Assembly (NCBI GenBank): GCA_035518715.1
Contig: DATIXJ010000043.1
Span: 88,386-152,385 of the forward strand
Direction of reading: 5' to 3'
DNA: 64,000 nt
DNA from: Bacteroidota bacterium
GTDB lineage: Bacteria > Bacteroidota > Ignavibacteria > UBA10030 > SZUA-254
In this document: in pieces, positions 19,601 through 29,046 of the stretch
How the letters are laid out: the number at the start of each line of letters is the position of its first letter
How positions within the stretch are numbered: position 1 is the first letter of the stretch
Translations under genes and position numbers: made by a program
Notes under the pieces: generated by a model
The model's database searches: none
What the model was told of the DNA's origin: nothing
The model's input: only the letters and a program-made list of their open reading frames with translations

Positions 19601-21237
19601 ACAATCTCCTGAATATCAAAACTCCCGCACAGGATCAGGCAAGAGCATACAAGGCAGACTACGGTCTTGAGAACCATGGACTCACAAACCTGAGTACCGT
19701 TTTCTGGAATCTTCCGACTGAAGCGCTTTACGAAGAGATCGCGTTCCGCGGAGAAGCCCGCGTCACACATCTCGGACCTCTTGTTGCAAATACCGGGAAA
19801 CATACCGGGCGCTCCGTCGGTGACAAATTTATCGTTAAAGAAGGAACCACGCAGGATAAAATCTGGTGGGGTGAATATAACCGGCCCTTTAGCCAGGACA
19901 AGTTTGATGAGGTCTTCGGCAGAATGCAGGGATTTCTTCAGGGGCGGGATCTCTTTGTACAGGACTGTTTCGCCGGGGCAGACCCGAATTACCGCCTTGC
20001 GGTACGCATCATCACCGAAAAGGCCTGGCACAGCATGTTCGTCCGAAACATGTTCATCCTCCCGAAGACGCTTGATGAATACAAGCGGCACGTTCCCGAC
20101 TTCACGATCCTGGCACTCCCCTCATTCAAAGGATTTCCTCAGATCGATGGCACGGCATCGGAGACATTTATCCTCCTGAATTTTGAACAGAAACTTGCCA
20201 TCATCGGTAATACCGCATACGCCGGAGAGATCAAGAAGTCGGTCTTCACGATCATGAACTTCATCCTTCCGCTCGACGGAGTGATGTCGATGCATTGCTC
20301 GGCGAATGTCGGAAAGAACAAGGATACCGCGCTGTTCTTCGGACTGTCAGGCACAGGCAAGACGACGCTCTCCGCCGACCCGAACCGCGGGCTCATCGGC
20401 GACGACGAGCACGGCTGGAGCGACGAAGGCATCTTCAATATCGAAGGCGGATGTTATGCCAAGGTGATCAGTCTCTCTCCCACCGCAGAGCCGCAGATTT
20501 TCCGGACGACGCAGATGTTCGGAACAATCCTCGAGAATGTTGTTTTCGACCCGATCACACGGCGCATCGACCTTGATGATTATGCCCTGACTGAGAATAC
20601 CCGCGCATCATATCCTCTCGAATATATCAACAATGCCGTACCGGAGAAGATGGGAGGACATCCGAAGAACATCATCCTCCTCACATGCGACGGGTCGGGC
20701 GTCATGCCGCCGATCGCAAAGCTTACTCCCGAGCAGGCGATGTACCAGTTCATTTCCGGCTACACGACAAAGGTCGCCGGGACGGAGATGGGGCTCGGGA
20801 AAGAGCCGGAGCTGACATTCAGTTCATGCTTCGGGGCTCCGTTTATGGTCCACCACCCGTATGTCTATGCGGATCTCCTGAAGCGCAAGATGCTGAAATA
20901 CGGCGCACACTGCTGGCTGGTCAACACCGGCTGGGTCGGCGGGCCGTACGGCATCGGCAAGAGGATCAGCATTAAGTATACGCGTGCTCTTCTCAACGCG
21001 GCCCTCAACGGAAAACTGCTCAACGTGAAATATTGCACCGACCCGGTTTTCGGATTCCAGGTGCCGCAAGAATGCGAAGACGTTCCATCAATTGTTCTGA
21101 ATCCCGCCACGGCCTGGCCGGATCAGAATGTGTATATGCAGAAATACCGCCAACTCGCCGGCAGGTTCATCGAGAACTTCAAGAAATTTGAAGAAGGATG
21201 TCCGCCGGAAGTAATCAAAGCAGGGCCGAAACTCTAA
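19597..21237 (+). CDS. pckA: Phosphoenolpyruvate carboxykinase (ATP)
   Basis: 546 aa. Has the ATP-PEPCK P-loop FFGLSGTGKTTLSADPNRGLIGDDEHGW and the ...NIEGGCYAK motif. Confidence 0.9.
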   Translation: MNNLLNIKTPAQDQARAYKADYGLENHGLTNLSTVFWNLPTEALYEEIAFRGEARVTHLGPLVANTGKHTGRSVGDKFIVKEGTTQDKIWWGEYNRPFSQDKFDEVFGRMQGFLQGRDLFVQDCFAGADPNYRLAVRIITEKAWHSMFVRNMFILPKTLDEYKRHVPDFTILALPSFKGFPQIDGTASETFILLNFEQKLAIIGNTAYAGEIKKSVFTIMNFILPLDGVMSMHCSANVGKNKDTALFFGLSGTGKTTLSADPNRGLIGDDEHGWSDEGIFNIEGGCYAKVISLSPTAEPQIFRTTQMFGTILENVVFDPITRRIDLDDYALTENTRASYPLEYINNAVPEKMGGHPKNIILLTCDGSGVMPPIAKLTPEQAMYQFISGYTTKVAGTEMGLGKEPELTFSSCFGAPFMVHHPYVYADLLKRKMLKYGAHCWLVNTGWVGGPYGIGKRISIKYTRALLNAALNGKLLNVKYCTDPVFGFQVPQECEDVPSIVLNPATAWPDQNVYMQKYRQLAGRFIENFKKFEEGCPPEVIKAGPKL

Positions 21238-21255
21238 TCTACACACCGTACATCA

Positions 21256-21298
21256 CTCCGTCCGTCCGGGTTTTGGGACGAACGGAGTTGTTTTTTTT
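21256..21298 (+). terminator. Rho-independent terminator after pckA
   Basis: Stem CTCCGTCCGTCC / GGACGAACGGAG around loop GGGTTTTG, followed by TTGTTTTTTTT. Confidence 0.8.
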
Positions 21299-21395
21299 CA
21301 GAACGCTCTACCGGCGCCAGTAAACTTTCGAAGTTCTTTTCCATCCAATGAAACGGAAGCATCTACAGCATTCATCTCACTAAAAGGAACCGGAT

Positions 21396-21932
21396 ATGGA
21401 TATTGGATTGAGATTCGTTCTTTTGCTCGCCTGTGCCCCCCTCCTTGTCTCGTGTCAACACGACAACACCGACAACAAGATCTCCATCGAGGACCGATTG
21501 AAAAAGCTGGAATCAACTGCTCCGGGAGTCGGAGAGGTGATGTCGGGGGTCCAGCTGCATTTCGGGAAACTCTATTTTGCCGGTCAGGCAGAGAACTGGA
21601 AGCTTGCCGACTTCGAGCTCGATGAGATAACGGAAAATCTCGACAATGCGGCGCTCATGAGGCCCGAAGAACATGGCGTAAAGCTCGGGGGAGTTGTGGA
21701 TGCATTCAAACAATCACAGCTGGCGGATCTGAAACACGCAGTTGATACCCGCAATGAGAAAGAGTTCCACCAGAAATACCTCGAGTCGATGGCAGTCTGC
21801 AATTCGTGTCACGCCGCCACGGGCCGCCCATTCATCGTCATCACGGAACCGACTGCTCCGCCCGTATCCAATCAGCGCTGGGCGGTTCCTGCCACGGATT
21901 TCATCGCGGCGCCTGGCGACACCGCAAAATAG
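21396..21932 (+). CDS. Lipoprotein with a single CXXCH heme-binding motif (possibly a class II cytochrome c / cytochrome c'-like four-helix bundle)
   Basis: Signal peptide ending in a lipobox LLVSC. The sequence looks predominantly helical and contains MAVCNSCHAATG (CXXCH). Confidence 0.45.
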   Translation: MDIGLRFVLLLACAPLLVSCQHDNTDNKISIEDRLKKLESTAPGVGEVMSGVQLHFGKLYFAGQAENWKLADFELDEITENLDNAALMRPEEHGVKLGGVVDAFKQSQLADLKHAVDTRNEKEFHQKYLESMAVCNSCHAATGRPFIVITEPTAPPVSNQRWAVPATDFIAAPGDTAK

Positions 21933-21941
21933 ACCCTGCGA

Positions 21942-24578
21942 TTATTTGAGCAGCAGCATCCTTCCGGTTTGAGAAAACGAACCAGCGGGATTTCCAATGG
22001 GAGTTGCTTTCATCCGGTAGAAATATATACCGCTCGCCATCCCGTTGCCGTTCCACACCGCCGTATAGGTTCCGGCACTTTTCATTTCATCGACAAGCAG
22101 CCCCACACGCTCCCCGAGAATATTGAAGACCTCGAGGGTCACCCTGCTGGGTGAGGGGATATCGTATCTCAACACGGTTGAGGGATTAAAGGGATTGGGA
22201 TAATTTTGTTCGATGGCAAAGACGTTCGGGATCGTGTGTTGACCTGAAGAGGATCCGGACGGAGGAACCGGCGGCATCTCATCCGTTGGCACGATGGTAA
22301 TACGATTTGCATTCACCGAACCCGACGAAGAAGAGAGAATGAGTTTTCCCGAACGGTTCGTCTTCACCCAATATCCCACGGATGGCCGCAGCGTATCGGT
22401 ATAATAGTAGCTGCCCTGATAACCGAAAAACCGGGAAGTAATTGTACCGGGAGAATCCGCAAGAACGTTTTTGACCGGAAGCGGGGAAATGATCGTCCCG
22501 ATCATATTCCAGCCGGTCACTACACTGACAGTATCCGATTCAAGACTGTCTCCTGCGATGGGGACGGACTGATCGAATCCGAACTTGATCCAGTACCCCG
22601 TACCTGTGGTCAGCGTATCTTTGATGAAGTATGATCCGTTATACGAGAACGCATGCGACACTGCGCCCGGAAACAGCGAGGTCACGCTGTAATCAGACCG
22701 GAGGACAGGAACAGACAGCAGGTTCCATCCGGAGTTGAGTGAATAGGTTATACCCGACGGAACGACTTCGGAGAGCGGCCGTTGCCAGATTCCGCCATAT
22801 GTGGATCCAATGAGAATATTGGGCATGAGTGCTCCGTTCGGCCCGAGCGCGATGACACCCACATTCGTATTTCCCAGCCCGGCAGTCACCGATGACCAGC
22901 TGTCGCCGAAGTCCGAAGAAACATATATACCGAGTACCGGTCCTCCGGTAAAGACCGTCTTTCCGCTGACGGCAAATGCACCAATGTAGTTTATGGGAAG
23001 CCCGGAGATGACCCGCGTCCAGGATAATCCGTTATTGCTCGAGCGGAAGACTCCGCTGCCGCCCGTCCCGGCGAAGATCAGCGTGTCGCCGCCTTCATCG
23101 ATGGCCGACGCGAGTGCAAACACGACATTGTTGGTGAGACCGGTGTCGATCGGATTCCAGGTTTTTCCGTCATTCGTGGAAACGAACATGCCGCCTCCTG
23201 AGGTCCCGGCAAAGACATTCGACCCGCTCGCAAGAAGCGAATAGACATTGGGGTTGGTGAGACCCGTGTTGACAACACTCCACGTTGCACCGTCGTCCGT
23301 CGACCGCTCAATTCCTCCCGAAGTCCCGGCGAAAATATTTCCGCCGTGCGCCGTCATCGAGAGAACAAAGGTATAGAGCATTCCTCCGCTCACATTGGAC
23401 CATGTGCTGCCGCTGTCGGCAGACATGAAGACCCCGCCGTATGTCCCAGCAAAGAGATTTCCTCCTCTGGAAATCAGCGCGCGCACATCCGTCTGCGTCA
23501 AACCCGAATTTGCAGTTGCCCAGCTTGCCCCGTTATCACCGGACACAAATGCGCCGCTCCCGTCGGTTCCGCAGAAGAGCTTTGACCCCATGGAGGTGAA
23601 TGAGACGACCGACGTGTTATTGATTCCCGTTACCGCGTCCGACCAGCTCGATCCGCCGTTGGAAGAGCGATAGAAACTTCCCCCGTTCGTACCTGCGAAC
23701 AGAAATCCATCCTTGTTCACGAGTGCACGAACAGCCAGGTTCGAAATCCCCGAGCTTGCCGAGCTCCAGCTCGCACCGGTATTTGTCGTAACGAACACAC
23801 CATGGTCATTCGCAACATAGACATTCGAACCAACGGTAAGAAGTGCGCGCACATAGAGATCGGTCAGTCCGGAATTCACGGCCGACCAGTGCGAACCCCC
23901 GTCGGATGAAAAAAAGACTCCTGAGCCGAATGTCCCTGCGAAGATCCCGCTGTCGGTGGCGGCAAACTCCTCAACATATTGGTTCGTGATACCTGAATCC
24001 GATTCTGTCCAGGAAGATCCGTTATCGGTTGAGCGGTATGCACCGCCGCCATAGGTTCCGGCGAACAGGGTTGTTCCCTGCACGAAAAGCTTCCAGATGG
24101 AAAAATTCCCGAGTCCGACATCAACCGCCGACCAGTACCCCCCGCCATTCGTGGAAAGAAAGATTCCTCCTCCATTCATTGTTCCGGCGAAGATGTTGGT
24201 ATCCAGCCGGGCAAGCGAGTAGACCTCTGTATTATAGAGCCCGACATTTGTCGCGGTCCACGAGTCGCCGTTATTTGTTGAGATACAAACGCCTCCACCG
24301 CCCGGGCAAGCCGCAAAGAGATTCGTTCCGGAAACAAGGACATCATAGACGTGCGGGCTCGTCAATCCCGGGCCGACCGGAGCCCATGTTGCTCCGTCAT
24401 CGGATGAGCGGAATGCCTGGGCACCGTGCGTTCCTGCAAAAATGTACTGACTGTTGGCAGCGAGCGAATACACATACCCGCCATACGGGCCATTGGTTTG
24501 TGCCCATTGTGCATTCGAAGTACCGCTGGGGAACATGATGGCGATGAGCAGAAAAAGGGAGAGAGCGATTCGAATCAT
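21942..24578 (-). CDS. Large secreted BNR/Asp-box repeat (beta-propeller) protein with a T9SS C-terminal sorting domain
   Basis: Signal peptide MIRIALSLFLLIAIMFPSGTSNAQ. Many SxDxGxTW-type repeats (SSDDGATW, TNNGDSW, STDNGSSW, SSDGGSHW...). C-terminus ...FNILGERV...SGIYFYRM...GRMLLLK is a T9SS CTD. The track's in-frame extension to 24689 is probably not translated. Confidence 0.8.
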   Translation of the reverse strand: MIRIALSLFLLIAIMFPSGTSNAQWAQTNGPYGGYVYSLAANSQYIFAGTHGAQAFRSSDDGATWAPVGPGLTSPHVYDVLVSGTNLFAACPGGGGVCISTNNGDSWTATNVGLYNTEVYSLARLDTNIFAGTMNGGGIFLSTNGGGYWSAVDVGLGNFSIWKLFVQGTTLFAGTYGGGAYRSTDNGSSWTESDSGITNQYVEEFAATDSGIFAGTFGSGVFFSSDGGSHWSAVNSGLTDLYVRALLTVGSNVYVANDHGVFVTTNTGASWSSASSGISNLAVRALVNKDGFLFAGTNGGSFYRSSNGGSSWSDAVTGINNTSVVSFTSMGSKLFCGTDGSGAFVSGDNGASWATANSGLTQTDVRALISRGGNLFAGTYGGVFMSADSGSTWSNVSGGMLYTFVLSMTAHGGNIFAGTSGGIERSTDDGATWSVVNTGLTNPNVYSLLASGSNVFAGTSGGGMFVSTNDGKTWNPIDTGLTNNVVFALASAIDEGGDTLIFAGTGGSGVFRSSNNGLSWTRVISGLPINYIGAFAVSGKTVFTGGPVLGIYVSSDFGDSWSSVTAGLGNTNVGVIALGPNGALMPNILIGSTYGGIWQRPLSEVVPSGITYSLNSGWNLLSVPVLRSDYSVTSLFPGAVSHAFSYNGSYFIKDTLTTGTGYWIKFGFDQSVPIAGDSLESDTVSVVTGWNMIGTIISPLPVKNVLADSPGTITSRFFGYQGSYYYTDTLRPSVGYWVKTNRSGKLILSSSSGSVNANRITIVPTDEMPPVPPSGSSSGQHTIPNVFAIEQNYPNPFNPSTVLRYDIPSPSRVTLEVFNILGERVGLLVDEMKSAGTYTAVWNGNGMASGIYFYRMKATPIGNPAGSFSQTGRMLLLK

Positions 24579-24809
24579 ACGTGCTCCTTTGTTAATCCTC
24601 CATTCAGTGCTGATGATGCAATGAATGTAAAACCCCGGCACGATACAACCCTCAGACCCGCGGGCGGTGATTGCCGACACCCTCGTCACAGCCCGCTCCC
24701 CAGCTCAACCAACTGGCAGAGCATATTCTTTCAAATACGAGAGAACCGGAGCGTACCTGAGCATTAAATTAATTTTAACCTGCAGGTAACGTGCCCGCCG
24801 AACCTGACC

Positions 24810-25877
24810 TTAATATCGGGGAACGGTGGGATCAACTTCCATTGACCACGCCGTGATTCCTCCCTTGAGTGTCTTGACGCTGGAAAATCCGTTCTCATAC
24901 AGAAACTCCACTGCCTGACGGCTTCTGATACCGTGGTGGCAATAAACAACAATCTCTTTTTCTGCTTCCAGCTCCCCGCAGCGCTTTGGCAGCTGACCGA
25001 GCGGAATGAATGCACCGCCGATCGTCGCGAGTTCCCTCTCATATTTTTCACGGACATCGAGAAGGAGAATTGGTTCGCCGCGTGCCATCTTTGCCTGCAG
25101 CTCCCGCGGCGTCAACTCCAGATCATCCCGTTCGTACATCCGGTCGATCGGCGGTTCTTCCAAAAAGCCGAGATTATACCGGCGCACAAGCTGGAAGCGC
25201 GGCGGCTGTACCGGCAGGTCTGCTTCAACAAACCGAACGAATTCATCCTTCGTGACGAACCGGAGTGCAGGATTGAATCTCCGTTCAAACCCAATCGTCG
25301 AACTCGGTTTGGGGCTCATCATCTTACCGCAGGTGGAGCCGGCATAATGCGTCGGATAGATTTCCACGGCATCATGCAGAACGAGGAGTTTCTTCCAGAT
25401 GCTGTCGTGCAGGAGCCCGGCATCTCCATCGAGATCGGGACGCCCGGTATCGCCGACGAAGAGCGTATCGCCGGTAAAGACCATCCAGGGTTCCCGCGTT
25501 CGGACGGAGTCAGAGACGAGAATCGAGATACTGTCGGAAGTGTGCCCCGGCGTATGAAGAATTTTCAGGATGATGTTTCCCAGCGTGATTTCCTGGCCAT
25601 CGTTCAGTCCTTTAACGGGAAATCCGGCTCTGACAGACTCATGAAAGAAAACGGGTGCTCCTGTCAACTCCGAAAGCCGCCGGGAACCCGACAGATGATC
25701 GGCCTGTGAGTGAGTCTCGAAGATGTGCGTGATCCTGAGATGATGTGCCGCCGCATAGTCGAGGTAGAGATTGGGATCCGACTGGGCATCGATAACTGCA
25801 CACACCTCCCGTTGCGTACAGCCAATAAGATACGACAAGCATCCGCCGTGCTCGTGACGAAACTGCTGGAATATCAT
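24810..25877 (-). CDS. MBL-fold metallo-hydrolase (persulfide dioxygenase/ETHE1-like) fused to a C-terminal rhodanese domain
   Basis: MBL motifs THSQADH (H-x-Q-x-D-H), HTPGHT and GDTLF. C-terminal rhodanese with active-site VYCHHGIRS (CxxGxR). Confidence 0.75.
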   Translation of the reverse strand: MIFQQFRHEHGGCLSYLIGCTQREVCAVIDAQSDPNLYLDYAAAHHLRITHIFETHSQADHLSGSRRLSELTGAPVFFHESVRAGFPVKGLNDGQEITLGNIILKILHTPGHTSDSISILVSDSVRTREPWMVFTGDTLFVGDTGRPDLDGDAGLLHDSIWKKLLVLHDAVEIYPTHYAGSTCGKMMSPKPSSTIGFERRFNPALRFVTKDEFVRFVEADLPVQPPRFQLVRRYNLGFLEEPPIDRMYERDDLELTPRELQAKMARGEPILLLDVREKYERELATIGGAFIPLGQLPKRCGELEAEKEIVVYCHHGIRSRQAVEFLYENGFSSVKTLKGGITAWSMEVDPTVPRY

Positions 25878-25883
25878 TGAGGG

Positions 25884-26096
25884 TCAGACTCTGCTTTTCA
25901 GCCGCTCTTGCGCGCGATTGAGCGCCTGCTGGAGAACCTCGTCGTAGGATTCACCTTCGGCTCGCACGATCGTTGCGCCGGGATCGACATTATCGATATG
26001 GCAGTAGTATCTGGTCCCGATGCGGTAGGATGTGATGTTCACCGGCCAGCCGGCAACTTCCTTTCGATCGTGTCGAAAGTCATCTGCTTTCAGCAT
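25884..26096 (-). CDS. Small (~70 aa) hypothetical protein between two sulfurtransferase genes; likely start is MLKADDF...
   Basis: An intact small ORF, 2 nt from the sseA stop and 6 nt from the MBL-rhodanese start, so it sits inside a tight operon. I recognise no family. Confidence 0.45.
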   Translation of the reverse strand: MLKADDFRHDRKEVAGWPVNITSYRIGTRYYCHIDNVDPGATIVRAEGESYDEVLQQALNRAQERLKSRV

Positions 26097-26098
26097 GA

Positions 26099-26944
26099 TT
26101 ATGACCCTTTCTCTATCGGCGCATTGACAAGATTCCCCCACTCCGTCCACGAGCCGTCATAATTCTTGACGTTGGGATATCCAAGAAGGTATTTCAAAAC
26201 GAACCATGTGTGACTTGATCGCTCTCCGATGCGGCAATAGGCGATGATTTCTTTGTCGGACGTCACTCCTTTTTGAGAATAGAGCGTATGAAGCTCTTCG
26301 GGCGACTTGAATGTACCGTCGTCGTTGCATGCCGTCGACCAGGGAACATTCTTTGCACGCGGGATGTGTCCGCCGCGCTGGCATGTTTCCGGCAAGCCCG
26401 GGGGCGAGAGAATTTTTCCCGTGAACTCATCGTTCGAGCGAACATCGATGAGAATTGCTTTTTGCGACTGGAAGACATCTTCAACATGTTTCCGGTATGC
26501 GCGCTGGACATCGCTGAACCCTGCCGCTTTATAGGAAGAGAGTTTGGCTGCTGGCGCTTCCGTGGAAAGCTCTTTCCCTTCCGCAAGCCATTTCTTTCTC
26601 CCCCCGTTCATCAACCGTACGTCGGCGTGGCCGTACATCTTCAGCTGCCAGAATGCCCACGCGGCAAACCAGTTGTTGTTGTCGCCGTAGAGTACGATGG
26701 TGGAATCGTTTTTGATTCCGGACTGACTGAGGAGCCGTTCCAGATCGGCTTTGGTAATAATTTCACGCCGGACGGGATCGCAAAGCTGCGTCTGCCAGTT
26801 CCATCCCACAGCCCCGGGAATGTGACCCTGATGGTAGGATGTCGTATCAACATCCACTTCCACAAAAACGAGTTTCGGATCATGGAGATGTTGTGCTACC
26901 CAGTCCGTTGATACCAGCACTTCCGGATGCGCATAGGTTTGCAT
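26099..26944 (-). CDS. sseA: Two-domain rhodanese: thiosulfate / 3-mercaptopyruvate sulfurtransferase
   Basis: Tandem rhodanese domains. Active-site loop AYCRIGERSSHTWFVL (CR(I/K)G type). 281 aa. Confidence 0.8.
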   Translation of the reverse strand: MQTYAHPEVLVSTDWVAQHLHDPKLVFVEVDVDTTSYHQGHIPGAVGWNWQTQLCDPVRREIITKADLERLLSQSGIKNDSTIVLYGDNNNWFAAWAFWQLKMYGHADVRLMNGGRKKWLAEGKELSTEAPAAKLSSYKAAGFSDVQRAYRKHVEDVFQSQKAILIDVRSNDEFTGKILSPPGLPETCQRGGHIPRAKNVPWSTACNDDGTFKSPEELHTLYSQKGVTSDKEIIAYCRIGERSSHTWFVLKYLLGYPNVKNYDGSWTEWGNLVNAPIEKGS

Positions 26945-27156
26945 ATTGAAGTCCTCCAGCTATAATAATGAACGAATGATCGCCGCACCGCATGATTGGC
27001 GGCGCAAATCCATTGTTCGTACCCCCATTGAACATGGATAGGGAAATTAAATCATAATGGGGTAAAGATGCAATAGGGAAATTTTCCCCTTCTGCCGGGA
27101 GCCGAAGCAAATCAATTTTTTGTTATATTAGATAAGATGAAAGGAATGAAGACGTT

Positions 27157-29046
27157 GTGAGCAAGCCGGATAACCCGATCCACCGCATTCTTCTTCTGGT
27201 CGGATGTCTGGTGGTTTTGACCTGCCCGATCGCATTCTCCCAAAACAGACCCAGCGACATTAAGTATCAGCTTGGTCAGAGTTACGAGCGCGCCGGAGAT
27301 TTTGAATCGGCGGTAAGATTGTACCAGGAAGCATTCGCCAGCGATAGCTCCAACATGCTTCTCTTCGATGCACTGCGGCGTTCCTACGTCCAGCTGAAAC
27401 AATACGACAACGCTATCACACTCGTTGAGCGGATTCTCCGGAGAAATCCCAACGACATCGGCAATCTGGCACAGCTCGGATCGCTGTATGTTCTGAAGTC
27501 AGACTTTCCTCGCGCCACGGAAATCTGGCAGCACGCCGTTTCCCTCGCGCCGAAACTCGAAGAAACCTACCGCATGGTTGCCGGAGCAATGGTCCAGAGC
27601 CGGCTCTTCGACAGTGCGATCGCGACCTATCGCAAAGCACGCCGCGCCCTCGGAAACGAGAATATCTTCGGGTATGACATTGCATACCTGTATACCGTCA
27701 CCTTAAATTACGCGGACGCAACGCGTGAATTTGTCAACCTCATTCGCCAGAATCCCGCACAGCTCTCGTTCATCCAATCGAGAATTGCATCCTATACCGA
27801 CCGCGCCGAAGGACTGACGGCGGCAACTCAGGTCGTCCAGGATGCAACGAAAAATACTCCCGATAATCTTGCCTTCCACCAGCTTCTCGCCTGGCTGTAT
27901 ATGGAAGCGAAGAGCTATGACCGGGCATATACGGTGTATAAGTTCATCGATGAAAAAACCCACGCCGGAGGACATGAGCTCTTTGTCTTCGCACAACGTG
28001 CACTGAAAGAACAGGCGTATCAGGCCGCAGCCACGGCATTTCATGATGTCTTGGACCGGTATCCCAACATCGACATCGGTGCACAGGTGAAATTCGGATA
28101 TGCCCAGACCCTCGAACAGGAAGAGGCACAGCGGGACACACTGCGGCTCTTCGGTGAACAAAATCCATTTCCCGCAGTTGCAGATTCGGGAGTGAAACCG
28201 CAATTGACCGACGCCGTGGACGCGTATCAGCGCGTCATCCGGGAATATCCGACAACTGATGCTGCAGCGCGTGCACTTCTTCGCATCGCCTCGCTCCGGG
28301 AAGACCGGCTCTTCGATCTCAACGCCGCACGCACGGCACTCCAGTCACTCATTGCATCCTATCCCCAGTACCCGAACCTCGTTCTCGAAGGAAAAATCGA
28401 GCTGGCGAATGTGCTTGTCATGATGGGTAATCTCGACGACGCACGAACCGGGCTTCAGGCACTTGCAGGAACCGGACCGGCACTCACCTCACAACAGGAA
28501 CGCGCATCCCTCGGTATCGCCGAAATCGATTATTTCCAGGGCCGTTTTGCCGACGCACTCACGCTGCTGAAACCCCTGGCATCGAATGCCAACTCGGACG
28601 CAGCAAATGATGCAATCGCCATGCAGATTTTCATACAGGAAAACCGGGCTCCTGCCGACTCGGCACTCCGCATCTACGCGACCGCTGAACTCCTGGAACG
28701 TGAACATAAACTCTCCGAAGCACTCGCTCAGTTCCGTGAAGTTATCCGGCACTTCCCGGAATCGAGTCTCATCGATGATGCCATGCTTTCCATCGGAGAC
28801 ATCCAGACACACATGGGAAGCTACGAAGAAGCAGTATCATCCTATGACAGTCTCATGAGCAAGTTTCCCGAGAGCATCATGTACGACCGCACCTTAATGA
28901 AGCTGGCGCAGGTTTACACCTTCGGGCTTCACGACAAGGTCAAAGCGATCGGAACGTATCAGGCGCTTCTGGAAAAATTTCCGGATTCCATCTATGCAAA
29001 CGAAGCACGAAAGCGTGTGAGAGCATTACGGGGAGATACGATCTGA
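27157..29046 (+). CDS. Secreted tetratricopeptide (TPR) repeat protein
   Basis: Signal peptide. Degenerate 34-aa TPR-like repeats recur throughout (W/LG/Y...A...F...A/P pattern). Confidence 0.7.
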   Translation: MSKPDNPIHRILLLVGCLVVLTCPIAFSQNRPSDIKYQLGQSYERAGDFESAVRLYQEAFASDSSNMLLFDALRRSYVQLKQYDNAITLVERILRRNPNDIGNLAQLGSLYVLKSDFPRATEIWQHAVSLAPKLEETYRMVAGAMVQSRLFDSAIATYRKARRALGNENIFGYDIAYLYTVTLNYADATREFVNLIRQNPAQLSFIQSRIASYTDRAEGLTAATQVVQDATKNTPDNLAFHQLLAWLYMEAKSYDRAYTVYKFIDEKTHAGGHELFVFAQRALKEQAYQAAATAFHDVLDRYPNIDIGAQVKFGYAQTLEQEEAQRDTLRLFGEQNPFPAVADSGVKPQLTDAVDAYQRVIREYPTTDAAARALLRIASLREDRLFDLNAARTALQSLIASYPQYPNLVLEGKIELANVLVMMGNLDDARTGLQALAGTGPALTSQQERASLGIAEIDYFQGRFADALTLLKPLASNANSDAANDAIAMQIFIQENRAPADSALRIYATAELLEREHKLSEALAQFREVIRHFPESSLIDDAMLSIGDIQTHMGSYEEAVSSYDSLMSKFPESIMYDRTLMKLAQVYTFGLHDKVKAIGTYQALLEKFPDSIYANEARKRVRALRGDTI

